Shown: piece by piece, positions 1 through 11,110 of the stretch
Layout: every line of letters starts with the position of its first letter
How positions within the stretch are numbered: position 1 is the first letter of the stretch
DNA from: Chiloscyllium plagiosum
Taxonomy: Eukaryota
Direction of reading: 5' to 3'
DNA length: 20,000 bases
Assembly: GCF_004010195.1 (NCBI RefSeq)
Contig: NC_057718.1
Coordinates: forward strand, 52,959,240 to 52,979,239
Program-made: the position numbers and the translations under genes
Notes under the pieces: generated by a model
The model's input: only the letters and a program-made list of their open reading frames with translations
Databases searched by the model: none
Told to the model about the DNA's origin: nothing

Positions 1-312
1 AGAATATTCTATGCAATTCAGAGAACCTTCCTCAGTTGTGTATAAGGAAGTAAATGGTATCTTAATAGAGTTCTGATCCAATAGTATACTTGGCAGCCTA
101 CAAAGCTTTAACGACTGGATCTTTTTCGGTTGAATATCAGTACTGTGCAGTAGAGAATATCAGTGAAGTACAATGGGGAAATTGGCAGTCTTGCTCTGGC
201 TTGTCAATGTAACAGGGAGAAAGTAAGAACTGCAGGTGCTGGAAATCAGAGTCAAGAGTGTGGTGCTGGAAAACCACAGCCAATCAGGCAGCATCCGAGG
301 AGCAGGAGAATT

Positions 313-340
313 GACATTTCGGGCAAGAGTCCTTCATCAA
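313..340 (-). ncRNA. Degenerate minimal hammerhead ribozyme core (left arm)
   Basis: Minus strand reads TTGATGA-A-GGAC-TCTT-GCCC-GAAA-TGTC. The first core base is T instead of C and stem II has a mismatch. Confidence 0.5.
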
Positions 341-362
341 GAATGAGGCTATGATTGGGGCC

Positions 363-390
363 CTGATGAAGGGATCTTGCCCAAAACATT
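363..390 (+). ncRNA. Degenerate minimal hammerhead ribozyme core (right arm)
   Basis: CTGATGA-A-GGGATCTTGCCC-AAAA-CATT. CTGATGA is intact; GAAA is mutated to AAAA, consistent with CpG decay. Confidence 0.5.
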
Positions 391-708
391 GATTCTCCTG
401 CTCCTCAGATGCTGCCTGACCTGCTGTGCTTTTCCAGCAACACACTGTTGACTCTTGTCAATGTGACACCTGATTCATTTTAACACTTGAACTTTAATAC
501 TATATTTCAGACCCAAATACCAACAGAATCCAAAGCGGAATGATGTGGAGTCTGCAAGGTGTGAGGTATGGTGACCCAAGGAAACATTTTGAACATAAGG
601 ATCATGTTTGAGGATGTGCAAGCCAATCTTAGGAAAGAAACTGAGGAAAAGAGACCTAAATACTCCTCTGGGGCCGAGAATAGGATGTGTCTTCAGGCAT
701 GACAATAC

Positions 709-842
709 CATTTCTGAGTCTTGTGAACTGAGTTAATGAATGTTGGATTACAGATTTTGTAATCAGAGCCCAACTTTTGCATTCCAAAGAAGCTTTTGCC
801 TATTCTGATCTCTGATGCTGTCCAAAATGTACCAGAAAACAC
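709..842 (-). other. Possible spliced exon (unverified)
   Basis: Minus strand: acceptor ctccacatttttgcag, 134 nt open in phase 0 (VFSGTFWTASEIRIGKSFFGMQKLGSDYKICNPTFINSVHKTQK), donor ATG|gtattg. Peptide not recognised. Confidence 0.25.
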
Positions 843-1248
843 CTGCAAAAATGTGGAGAGGCATGATGTGGTTAGGTTATTTTGACCAATCAAAGAAATA
901 TGCTTGTAACTAGCAGGATAACCCAATTTCAATGGGTAATAATTGATTTCAACAGGCCCCATCTTAGCAAAGGGCAAGCAGCATGTTCTGGATGGAGAAC
1001 TGCAGCAGGTTTGCTATATCTCATTGTATGAGTCAACATTCTCAGCAACTACTCTGACAAAGTTTAAAGATAGCTGGCAATTCCTGGTCAAAAACTGAGA
1101 AACTGAGCTGAATTAATGTTTGTTAAATCATTCTACATTTTATTATCAGGGAAAGGCTGCAAAGTATTGTACCAAATGGTGGTAGATGTTAGTTAAGTAT
1201 GGAATCATGTGAAGCAGATTTGCATGTATAGTGTTTATAGTGTTTTGG

Positions 1249-1354
1249 AGGGCTTTATGGTATAGTAGGAGTGTAATTTGATCCAGGAGACCTGGCTTCA
1301 AGTCCCACTTGCTTCAGATGTGTGTCATTACATGTCTGAACAGATTGTTAAAAC
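1249..1354 (+). mobile_element. Short decayed tRNA-derived SINE
   Basis: A-box-like tggtatagtagg (1258-1269) and B-box-like gcttcaagtccc (1295-1306), followed by tgtgtcattacatgtctgaacag resembling a common shark SINE body. Confidence 0.55.
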
Positions 1355-1474
1355 TAAGTTTCTCTGATGTTGAAAGATGCCCCAAAATGTTTATTGTAAA
1401 GGTGTAAAATTAGGAATGTTAGGGATTAAAATTATAGTTGAAATTGATGGGTCAATACATCTATTCATATAAAA

Positions 1475-1575
1475 GATATGAGGAAACATGGGGTTAGTGC
1501 AGGAAAATGGCATTGAGATAGATAAGCTATGATCTAGGTGATGGGCCGAATGGCCTGCTCTGTCTTTTATTCTCT
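1475..1575 (+). mobile_element. 3' tail fragment of CR1-clade LINE
   Basis: gcaggaaaatggcattgag...gatgggccgaatggcctgctc parallels the 3' UTR of the LINE at 6135-6248 in this window (gcaggaaagtgaagttgagg...gatgggctgaaaggcc). Confidence 0.6.
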
Positions 1576-1672
1576 TTGTACCCAGGCAAAACGTCTTTTA
1601 AGTAGCCTTTTAAGTGTGTATGCACCAGCAGAAAGGCAGAATGAAGACAAGGGAAGGAGCTCAATCATAGAT

Positions 1673-1824
1673 GTCCAAAGTTATGCAGGTTAGGTGGATT
1701 GACCATGGGCGATGCAGGGTTACAGGGATAGGGTTAGGGGAGTGAGTTTGGGTGGGATGCTCTTCGGAGAGTCGGTGTAGATGCCTTGGCCTGTTTCCAC
1801 ACTGTAGGAATTCTATGATTCTAT
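1673..1824 (+). mobile_element. 5'-truncated HE1-like SINE (elasmobranch V-SINE)
   Basis: gtccaaag..tgcaggttaggtggattgaccatg (V-domain-like), gggtgggatgctcttcggag, and the CR1-type tail ggcctgtttccacactgtaggaattctatgattcta. Confidence 0.8.
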
Positions 1825-1937
1825 AATTCAAGATGATATGGCATAAGTGGGAAAAAGAGAAGTCAGCAAATAGCACAGAAGATTCAGATAACATAGTGTA
1901 ATTTGTATGAGAGCAATATATTCATATCTGCAAAAAA

Positions 1938-2070
1938 TAGCCACATTCAATAGTAGCTACACTTCAAAAATACTTCATGCTCAATATGAACTGTATGGGA
2001 CACTCTAACCTCATGAAAAATCTTACATAATTACTAGTCTATATCCCGACATAAATGAATGTCTTTCTTT
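1938..2070 (+). mobile_element. Old Deu-type SINE (SacSINE1/AmnSINE-like) 3' tail fragment
   Basis: acattcaatagtagctacacttcaaaaatacttcat...gggacac...tcatgaaa...aaatgaatgtctttc matches the recalled tail motif; a sibling copy lies at 6563-6668. Confidence 0.45.
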
Positions 2071-2210
2071 CAGTGGCTCTACAAGTTAGTTTGAAAATGA
2101 GAACAAAATTCTTGAAGTCGGTTTACGGTGACATAATGACTTAGGTGAGCATGGAAAGTGTAGTGATGATATGTTTGAAAATGTTATGTAGATGAGACAG
2201 AATTAAACTG

Positions 2211-3164
2211 TGACAGATGTAAGGAAGGAAGAGGAGACAGAAATGACTGGACTTGTTTGACTGCATGCTCTCTGAATGGTGTCTGAGAATAGATGAAAGA
2301 TAGCAATTCTCTTTTTAGCATGTGATGACATACATAATAAGATAGCCTGGACCATTCAGTGTCTAAACAATCAGATTGAAACTCTTCCCTGTTCATGAGG
2401 TCAAATGGCATTTTACATCAGGCCCTTGCAGCTTCCTGGTGTGGCCAAGTGACCATGGCCTAAAATTGGACAGTCTAAATCGAGCCTGACAGAAAATTGG
2501 CCTAACTATATTAAATAGCAGCCAGCAGCTATCGGCTGCAGGGTAACAGTGGAAACCAATGTCAAAGAGTCACAGACGTTCAGGAGGAACCAATTACAAC
2601 CAAGTTGAGTGTCGTGTGTTGGAGAAGTATTAGTCAGACTTTCTGGCACCTTGACCTCCAACCAATGTCTCAGGATGTGCACTTCACACCTTTTTTCATG
2701 GTAACAGTGAAAGGTGTCAGGATGACACCATTAGATGTTTTGAACCCCATTCATGACTGCATTGGTGAAAGGCCACGGAACATTTTGGAAGGTCCGGGGT
2801 GCGAGTAATAAATACACACACCTGGAAGACATCTCTTCAGCAAAGGCTTGCAGCAAGATTTGCAGTGAAGACCATGCAGCAACTGAAGAAGACACAGGAG
2901 AAGATCTGCCCTGATCTGTGAGACCCAACTTCATGGAAGAGAGTTAGCCCTAGTTCAGAGAGGAAGAAGATTCCAATGGTCCATCTCAGACACGTGGATC
3001 ATTGAGGGTAATATCCTTTCTCAGCCAGATAGAGCTAGATCGAGAGTAAATATTGTGAGAATTTAAGAAATGCTCACGTGTATTTTTAGTAGTGAATATT
3101 TTGTTAATAAAATCGAGTTGAACCACAAACTGAATTTTGCGTCCCTTTGTCCTCCTCACTGTCA
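2211..3164 (+). mobile_element. Possible solo LTR
   Basis: Starts TGACAG (2211) and ends CTGTCA (3159-3164), a 6-bp terminal inverted repeat; AATAAA at 3106-3111 lies ~50 nt before the end. Flanks aaactg/gaagtg are only a poor TSD. Confidence 0.3.
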
Positions 3165-3239
3165 GAAGTGTTTGGGTAGAATGTTTTATATCAACTGGTT
3201 GTAGCATCTAAAGCATGGATAACTTGGATAATGTCAATG

Positions 3240-6200
3240 GTAAAATGGATGGGAGTGTTTGGGAAAGGGAAGTGCAGACTTACAAAACAAGAGGATTTGG
3301 CAGCATTGCAAGACAGCTGTTTGGATGACCATATCCAGAGTGGGACAGGATGGGATAGAACATACAAATACAGGGAAAAACATCAATCAATACAGTCAAA
3401 TGAGTAAAATGTCATCAGTAAGTAAAATTGACTTCATGCGTGTAGTATTTGGAACAAAATAAACACATTAATTGCACTGATATGGGTTAATGGGTATGAT
3501 CTTCTAGCCATTATGGATATATGGTTACAAGGAGATCAAAGCTGCGGCCTAACTATTCAGGGGAATGTGACTTTTTAAAGGACAGGAGGAAAGAGCGATA
3601 GAGTCGCATTATTGGTATGAGGTGGATAAGTAAGAAATGATCTGAGATTGAATGATGTAGAATCCATATGGGTGGAGGTAAGCAGTTAAAAGGGGAAGAA
3701 AACATTGATAGATGTTGATAAGCAGTAGTTATACGGTGGGGCAAAGAATAGATCAGGAGATAATTCTAATAAGGACATGTAAAAAAAAGCAGTATATTAA
3801 TCATGGGTTGCATTACTCTTCATGTAGATTGGGATGGTCAAATTGATAAAGATAGCCATGATGAAGAATTCATAGAGTATATTCAGTACAGTTTTCTAGA
3901 GCAATAGATTGTGGGTCCAACAGGGATGAAGCTATTTTGTACAGTCACGAGGTAGGCTTGATAAATGATATCAAAGCAAACAAAAACCCAATGGATCAGT
4001 GTCCATAATAAGGTAGAATTTAGTATGAATGGGAGGAACTTGGATCAAAAACAACAAGCTAAGTTTAATAAGGCTAATTACACAGTAATGATGGCAGAGC
4101 TGGGGCTGGAGTGGTTTGGAAAAGGAGTTCAGCACAAAGACATGGGTGGAACAATGGTAGATATTTAAGAAGATTATTCATGGCTCACATCAAAGATATA
4201 TGCCAATGAGGAGTGAGGATTCCAAGAAGGGGTTGATTCAGCAATGGACAACCAAGGAAGTTAAAGATAGCATCAAAATGAAATTAAAAACCATACAATG
4301 TGGCGAAAATTAGTTATAAGTCAAAGGGTTGAGAAAGGTATAAAACGCACCAAAAGACAACCAATGAAAAGATAGAACATAAACTTTGAAGGTAAACTTG
4401 CAAGTAATATCAAGATAGACAGTAAGACCTCCTTTAAATATATAAAAAAAGAAGCAAGATGCCAAAATAAAAATAGATCCCTTAGAGAATGAGGCTGAGG
4501 TAATAATAGTGGGAGCTAGGAAATAGCACAGGAGTTGAATAAATGCTTCTCTTTGTTTTCATTGTAGAAGACATTCATAGCATTCCAAAATTACTCAATA
4601 ATCAAGGGGCAAAAGGAGAAAAGGAAATAAATATAATAATGATCATTAAGGAAAAAGTGCCAGGCAATCTAATGAGGCCAAAGACTAATACGTCCACTGA
4701 CTCTTAAGAGATGCATCCAAGGATAATCAAGAATGTATCTACATAGATGTGGCTGTACAGGTAATAATCTTCTAAGAAGGCTTATATACTGGAAATATTT
4801 CACTGGATTGGAAAACTGTTTATTTAATATCTTTATTTAAAAAGGGAAGGAAACTAAAAATGGGTAGTAATAGACCGCTGAGCTTAGTATTTGTTATTAG
4901 ACAGATGTTAGAGACTATTATAACATGTGATAGCAGGGCATTTAGAAATACATGGTATGATCAAGTAGAGTGAGCATGGTTTCATGAAGAGGAAATAATT
5001 TCTGGCAAATTTACAAGAATTCTTTGAAAAGGTATGAAGCAGAATAGAGAAAAGGGAAGCAGTGGATGCAAAGTATTTAGACTTCCAGAAGGTGTTTGAT
5101 AAGGGATCATACATTTGGCTATTTAATAGGCTCAGAGTCCATTGTGTTTGAAGTAATTTATTACATGGATAAAGGATTGGCTAATTAATACAAGACAGTG
5201 GGTTGGGATAAGGAGAGAATTTTCAGTTAACAACCAATAATTAGTTGCCTGCCAAAGGGATCAGTGCTGGGTCCACAATTATTTGCAATATATGTATTAA
5301 TGAGGAAAATGAACATACTGTAGCCGCACTTGTTGGTGACATGAGAATTGAAAGGAAGGCATGTAGTGATAATGACACAGGGGCTTCAGAAGAATATAGA
5401 TAGATTAAGACAGTGGGAAAATCTTGACAAATGGAAAATACTGTGAGAAAATGTGAGTTTATGGCTTTGACATGAAAAATAGAGGAGCTGAGTTTATTTA
5501 AATGGAAAAACACTGAAGAAAGCTGCAGTACAAAGGGAATTGTAAGTTCTTATGCATAAATCACAAAAAAAACTAGGATCCAAGTTCAATGCTTAAAGGG
5601 AACTCAATTGGAATCCAACCATTATTTCAAAGGGAATAGAATTTAAAAGTAAAGAGGTTTCACTAAATCTATACAAGGAACTAGTTAGACTACAGTTAGA
5701 GTACTCTGAAGAGTTTGGCCCCTTATCTCAGCAAAGATATACTGGCATTGGAGGTAATCCAGAAAAGGTTCAAAATTGATACCAATCATACAGGGACTAT
5801 CCTATATGCTGAGGTTAAGTGGATTGGGCCCATATTTATTAGAATATAGAAGAATGATGGGTGACCATATTGAAAGGCACAAGATTTTTAGGAGACTTGA
5901 AAGGGCAGATGCAAAAGGATTGTTTCCCCTTGTGGGAGAGTTTAAGACCAAGGGACAAAATCTCAGAGTAAGGGGTCATGTATTTAAGAGCAATGAGGAG
6001 GAATTTCATCTCTCAAATGGTACTGAAACAATGAATTCTTTTCAGCAAAGGACTGTTGAGTTTGGATCATTAATTATATTCAAGGCTGCAATAGACAAAT
6101 GTTTAATCAGTAAGAGGATCAAGTATTGTGGGCAAAAGGCAGGAAAGTGAAGTTGAGGACTGAGGCAGATCAGCCATTACCTCTTGAATAGTACAGCAGA

Positions 6201-6248
6201 CTTGATGGGCTGAAAGGCCGACCACTGATCTTATGTCTTATGGTCTTA
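3240..6248 (+). mobile_element. Decayed CR1-clade LINE: ORF2 (APE endonuclease + reverse transcriptase) pseudogene and 3' UTR
   Basis: Frameshifted motifs in the expected order: APE N-terminus NGYDLLAI..W (~3490), SNRPLSL (NYRPVSL-like, ~4866), EHGF (~4972), VDAKYLDFQKVFDK (5062-5103), PKGSVLGPQLF (5252-5284), LVGD at the FADD position (~5330), C-terminus in ORF 5776-6150, tail tcttatgtcttatggtctta. Many stops; 5' boundary approximate. Confidence 0.92.
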
Positions 6249-6562
6249 TTATATACAACTGTGGGAAGCAGAGTATTCAGGAGAGATTGATGATTAGCTT
6301 TTTTCCGTTAATTTTGCTAAATCCATGTGAAAGTGAATGAGCTCAGATGCATGTTTGAATGAAGCAGATGTGACTTGCTTAATGCAGTGCTGAAATGCTG
6401 ACTGATGTGAATAATGTCACCAGCGGCATTTGAAACAGAAATGGTAAGTGCTGTTGTCACCTGCACAGACATGTTAGTGCCCCTGGTGAAAAGAACCTGC
6501 GAGTCAGGTTTCAACAGCTGGCATATCTGTGTCATGGTGCCAGTGAAAAATGCAGCCTTCTG

Positions 6563-6668
6563 TTCTTTTCCTACATTTTCATAGTAACAGTATGCTCAAA
6601 AGTACTTAACTGACGACAAAATACCTTGTGACATCCTGACATTGTGAAAGGTACTGAAAGTCTTTTTT
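6563..6668 (+). mobile_element. Old Deu-type SINE 3' tail fragment
   Basis: tttcctacatt...tcaaaagtacttaactg...gacatcctgacattgtgaaaggtact..aagtctttt; parallels 1938-2070. Confidence 0.55.
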
Positions 6669-6703
6669 CCTTCCCTTAACACTGACTATAGCTAATATGA
6701 TAC

Positions 6704-6830
6704 CTTAGATCTTGGTTTATGGATATGAGTCTAGCTTTGCCATTTTGCCTTCTGTTACGCTTGGGTTGTGGACTATTCCTCCTCCATTTTCCACTCTTCT
6801 TCCTCCTCAGAGCACACGAAAAGGGAATCT
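6704..6830 (-). other. Possible spliced exon (unverified)
   Basis: Minus strand: acceptor tatttccctccag, 127 purine-rich nt with one open frame (IPFSCALRRKKSGKWRRNSPQPKRNRRQNGKARLISINQDL), donor AAG|gtatca. Peptide not recognised. Confidence 0.3.
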
Positions 6831-7764
6831 CTGGAGGGAAATATAACACTTCAGTGTGCAGAATTCCCTGTAGATTCTCAACAGCTTTAAGAGCATTGGT
6901 CCATAATTCGATATCAAAACTACTTTCAACTACTGTTGTTATTTTTATGGTGATATTTTATAAGGACAAGTGTTTGTTTAAACCTGCTGCTAAATCTTTT
7001 TTCAGTCCTTAAATTATGGGGGCAATGGTAAGACAGTTGGAAAAATAAGGTAAGGTTAGAGAAATAAGAGTCTCAATATTGAGCAAGAACAGTTTGATTT
7101 TGCACCCAAGATTTGAATGGTGAGAACCGCACGAGTGAGCAGTGAGAGACCTATTTGCATGCATTTGCATTTCATTGTGACTTAATCTTGGCTCAATGAA
7201 AGCAGTTTCCTTTTCTCCCAGGCATTGGAGAGAAACTAGATAGTGACAATTTCCAACATGAAAATCTGAGCTAGATCATTCCCACTTGAAGTTGCTCCAC
7301 TCAGCTTCCATCATGGACCGCAGTTCCCAACATCTTAGGTTATCCTCCAAGGTCAAGTGACTGGCTGCAGCCCCATCCATAAAGGGTGAAATCAGACAAG
7401 CACAAATACTTTTCAGTTTTATGTTTCATAGAAGTTAAGGCTACAAATGGATGGAAGCCTTCATAATACTCAATGCTCTATTATTCAATCATAACAAGGT
7501 TTCATGCTAACATGGACTCTATGGGAAAGATTACTATTGATTAGACAAGTTGTATATATACCATGTATTTATATACCCTATGTAGCATTCTACAGATAGC
7601 TGGCTTGCTAAGTCAGCTTTCCTAGTGCCCCGACAAGCCTGTCTGCTGCTCCTGCACTTGCTTGGATAGTTGGATGAATTTATAAATGGCCAGCACAATA
7701 GTACTCCTCTCTTGCTGGGCTTGGCATGTGTCTTGCTTCTGGCAGTTCTCTGAGTGCCAATGAT

Positions 7765-7915
7765 TTGGGCATTTCTTTCTCACCCATTTGCAGAAGGTGG
7801 TAGTGATGGGCTCCTGACTGAGTTTGAACTAACTTATCCACCAAGGTGTTGGTATGTCCTGTAAGAGATTTGTGGCTTCTTACCCATGGGTGGCAAAGGA
7901 GATGGTTTTTTGAGT
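7765..7915 (-). mobile_element. Highly decayed LINE 3' fragment (tentative)
   Basis: ggcatttctttctcaccc..agaaggtggtagtga resembles the reverse complement of a common shark LINE 3' end; recalled similarity only. Confidence 0.3.
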
Positions 7916-8849
7916 GGCTGGTCTCTTCATAAATGATACCATTGTGCTACAGGGGACAAGACAGAGAATAGTTTGCGTAATAATGGTAGCAGTTTGAGCA
8001 TGTTAAGATCACATTCACACTGGATCATAAAGGGCAAACAACACAGCATTTGAGAATGATTTTTACTTGGTTGCTTGCCTTGAAGGCCTCGATACCGCCA
8101 TTATCACTATTCTCTCATGTTAGGGCAATGATTCTCTCTGCTTAGAGGTTGAGGAGATGATGTTGGGCACCCCACCATTCTTTTTGGCTCTTTCTGCTCT
8201 ATTACAGGCTATTTTCTCCTGCAATGAGACTAAGGAATGGATGGAATAAGATGAAAGTGGCTAGCACTGTTCTTAGTACTAGTGCAGATGGAGGAAAGGT
8301 GGTGATGTGTACTAAGTGAGTCATAAGGCAGTGCCAAGGGCATGCAGCATTCATAGCCTGATGGTTTAGAATGGGTAGAATCGAGTAAGGGAAACTCTGC
8401 AAGGCTTCACTAGTAAGAACACAACAGTGCGAGCAGGGCACTGTTGGGGTGAGCAGTGTAAAATTGTGTGAGAAACATTACTAGGTCTCACGGAGAGAAA
8501 CCCAACATGAACCTCCCCGAAATTGACACTTAGCTAATTGTTTGTAAAATTCTCCCCGTGAAATCTAAGAGTTGCTGTTCTTGCAGCATTAGCAACACGA
8601 TGACTATATCTTTCAGTTGATATCATCATTAAAGGTATGCAGTTGTGTGATAGGTAGAAACTAAACTCAGCACAGAAATATGTGCAATTCAGTCCAAGTA
8701 CCCAATTAATTTGGCAGTTTTTGTAAATTTAATTACTAGCAAAGATAAAACCTTTCTGGAACTGAAAATTACCTTTTTGTTTAAAATTGCAATTGTTATT
8801 GGCTATTTAGAAGCATAAAACCAAAGAAGTAGCCTAACTTTACTTTTTC

Positions 8850-9180
8850 CTTTTCATTTCTCTTCCCTCTCTCACTTCATTTAATCTGCTTTTTGTCTCT
8901 TCATTTCTCTTTCTATATCTGAGCTGACATTGAATTTACCACCTAAACTTATATTTAATCTTCAGCCCTTATACAGTTGATTTCATGATTTTCAAACTGA
9001 CAGGTTAAAGAGACACACTGATGTTTGTCTTATTCACTCAGGCCCCAATGTTATGAGCCGTGATATAATCAGCTTCCACTTTCAACAAGTTGTGCTGCAA
9101 AATAGCACTGCTATTAAACATGCAAAGGTCAATCAAACTAAAGGTGGACAATGTTCAGTACAGTGCTGCAGCAAGATTAT
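8850..9180. repeat. Old dispersed repeat, copy 1
   Basis: Shares tataatcagcttccactttcaaca (9064-9087) and colinear upstream blocks (pyrimidine tract, tcagccc, gttaaagagac) with 10815-11110. Confidence 0.55.
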
Positions 9181-10814
9181 TGGTTAGTTTGTGCCTTTAA
9201 ATGCTGAGACATAACAGTTTCAAATAGGGGAAATGACCCTTAGCCTAATCAATGTTGCAATATTGCTTTCCTCTGTGGTCTTCAATCTTCCTGACCTCTT
9301 CTCACTGTAGGAGGAGACTATATTGACTCAGCCCTAACAACTTTATATTGGTTTTGCCAACTGGGGTCAAAATACCAATGGCGATGCAATGTAAGCCCTG
9401 GATAAATGGGTAATTAAGAATATGCAAAAATTGCTGTCCTAGTTGTGTATTCTGCTATGGCTTCACAAAAACGTGCCTCACCCTGAGTTCTGTTGTGATG
9501 ATCTTGTTGCACTTATCCACTAAAATAATTGCAGAAAGTTGAATCATGTAATACAAGCACCAATGTTCCTTTATTTGCTTTATAAGTGTAAAGGCTGCTA
9601 AACCAACCTTTCTAGCACTTTTTCCAGTTTGATTTTGAAAAGATTTTCAGAATGTGCAATTTATATTTACCTTATTATGATTATTTGTCAATATTCTCTA
9701 TAAAAACTGATGGATTAGGACTTGGTGAGAGGTCAGTATTTTTGAATCCTCGAACTAATCCTACGCTGACTCCAACCTACTCACACATAGGATTAATGGA
9801 AGCAGGATAAGAAGTGAGCAAACAGAAGACACATCAGCAATTTAAATGTTTCATGAGGCTAATATTCTCAGACACCTCCTGGTTTACAGGTTTAAATCTG
9901 GTTAGGTGAGTTTTTCATGCTTCTGCAACACTATCATATCCAGAAAGGCAACAACAGCTTTAGGAAGAGGCTAAACATCTTTACAGGACTACTTGTGGTG
10001 TAGGAGGAGCACAGGTATTTCCCTAAAGCTAAGCTTGCTTCTCTCATAGCTTCTGATGACATCAGGCCATTTCTGAATGCGGAATCTCCAATTGAAGATT
10101 ACCCACACGATGGAGTTAAAATTCCATAGCACACTGATCAAACGTCCTATACCTCTCACCAAAACTGGCCTTATCAATTGTCATACATTCTTTTCGACCT
10201 GATTGGGCAGAATTTGGGGTTGAAAGTCAATCCTGGACCATGGTCAAATGAAGAACTGCACTCCGTGGGAAACAGTCAGCAATCATCAAATTTCCTTGAG
10301 TTGACCAATTACTGATGAGAGTGCAGATATACAATTCAATCAAGAGTGGTAGTTGGGCTGTCTAAGCTGAAGGGCCAATAAGGAGGATCTGCAGACTGTA
10401 GTTCAATTAAGAGAGAGTGAGGAAGCATCGAACATTTTCTGTAACTTCAAAAGTGTTAAAATCTCAAATGGTCAGTTACAGCTGTGGTCAGGTAAGTGGG
10501 AAGGGTATCAAACTCTGCACTGAGGGTGAGCAGACCACCCTTCCATTCCTCATGACTGCTGTCGGGCAGCTCACATTGGACCCACATCTGAGTTGAGGCA
10601 ACTCCAAACCCAAGTGAAAAATTCAATTGAGCCTCTGACAATGGGTTTTAATGAGCCGTAACTCCATTTAATTTGCTGCATATAGGGATGGTCTCAGACC
10701 CTAACTGACCTTTGGGAAAATGATCCAGGCATAGGAGATGCTGGAAAACTGGCACATGAGCTGGCTGTGCAAGCTACCGCTGCCATTCCCATTCATGGTT
10801 AAAAATAATGCCAT

Positions 10815-11110
10815 TTTATTCTTTCTTTTCTTTCTGCCTTTTTATTTCCCCTTCTGTACTTGATTACCCTTTGAGTTTAATTTCACCCTCCTTCTCAGCC
10901 CCTGTATTGTTTATTTGCCAGTCCTTAAATCAGATTTGTTAAGGAGATGCATTATTGCTTGTTTTGTTGTCCTGACACAGCTGCTCTGTTTAACTTGTCA
11001 TACTATAATCAGCTTCACTTTCAACATCTTTGTGGGCAAAATGTTTTGAGTGGAAGGATGAAAAGGGATTTATGGGAGATTAATGGGAGATGTCCCACAT
11101 TGTCGCAGAT
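10815..11110. repeat. Old dispersed repeat, copy 2
   Basis: tataatcagcttcactttcaaca (11004-11026) with colinear tcagccc and gttaaggagat blocks; same orientation as 8850-9180. Confidence 0.55.

Larger units (their letters stand above)
200..468. mobile_element. Non-autonomous Penelope-like (PLE)-derived palindromic insertion with target-site-like duplication
   Basis: Inverted arms 248-341 (agagtcaa...ccttcatcaag) and 362-455 (cctgatgaagg...ttgactct) around a 20-nt spacer. Direct repeats cttgtcaatgtaaca (200-214) and cttgtcaatgtgaca (454-468) flank it. Each arm has a CTGATGA...GAAA-type core typical of PLE termini. Confidence 0.75.

Noticed and set aside
511..558. Plus-strand mini-exon (tttcag|...AAG|gtgtga) and isolated gtaagt donors such as 6444
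   Set aside because: No coherent reading frame or recognisable product; such signals are expected by chance in 20 kb.
5329..5340. Both plus-strand LINEs read VGD at the FADD catalytic motif (also 19125-19136)
   Set aside because: Both copies are dead and mutated throughout, so independent decay is sufficient. Only a family consensus could show otherwise.
5776..6150. 124-aa ORF, and likewise 16969-17190, 18996-19181 and 19420-19647, as genes
   Set aside because: They are open pieces of disrupted CR1 ORF2.
7153..7170. Tandem octamer ATTTGCAT x2 suggesting an immunoglobulin or snRNA promoter
   Set aside because: No V segment, leader, RSS or snRNA was seen nearby, and the motif also occurs scattered elsewhere in the window, including inside a LINE.
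10205..10812. Possible Harbinger MITE bounded by gggcagaattt...aaataatgcc
   Set aside because: The terminal inverted match is too weak and there is no canonical TWA duplication.
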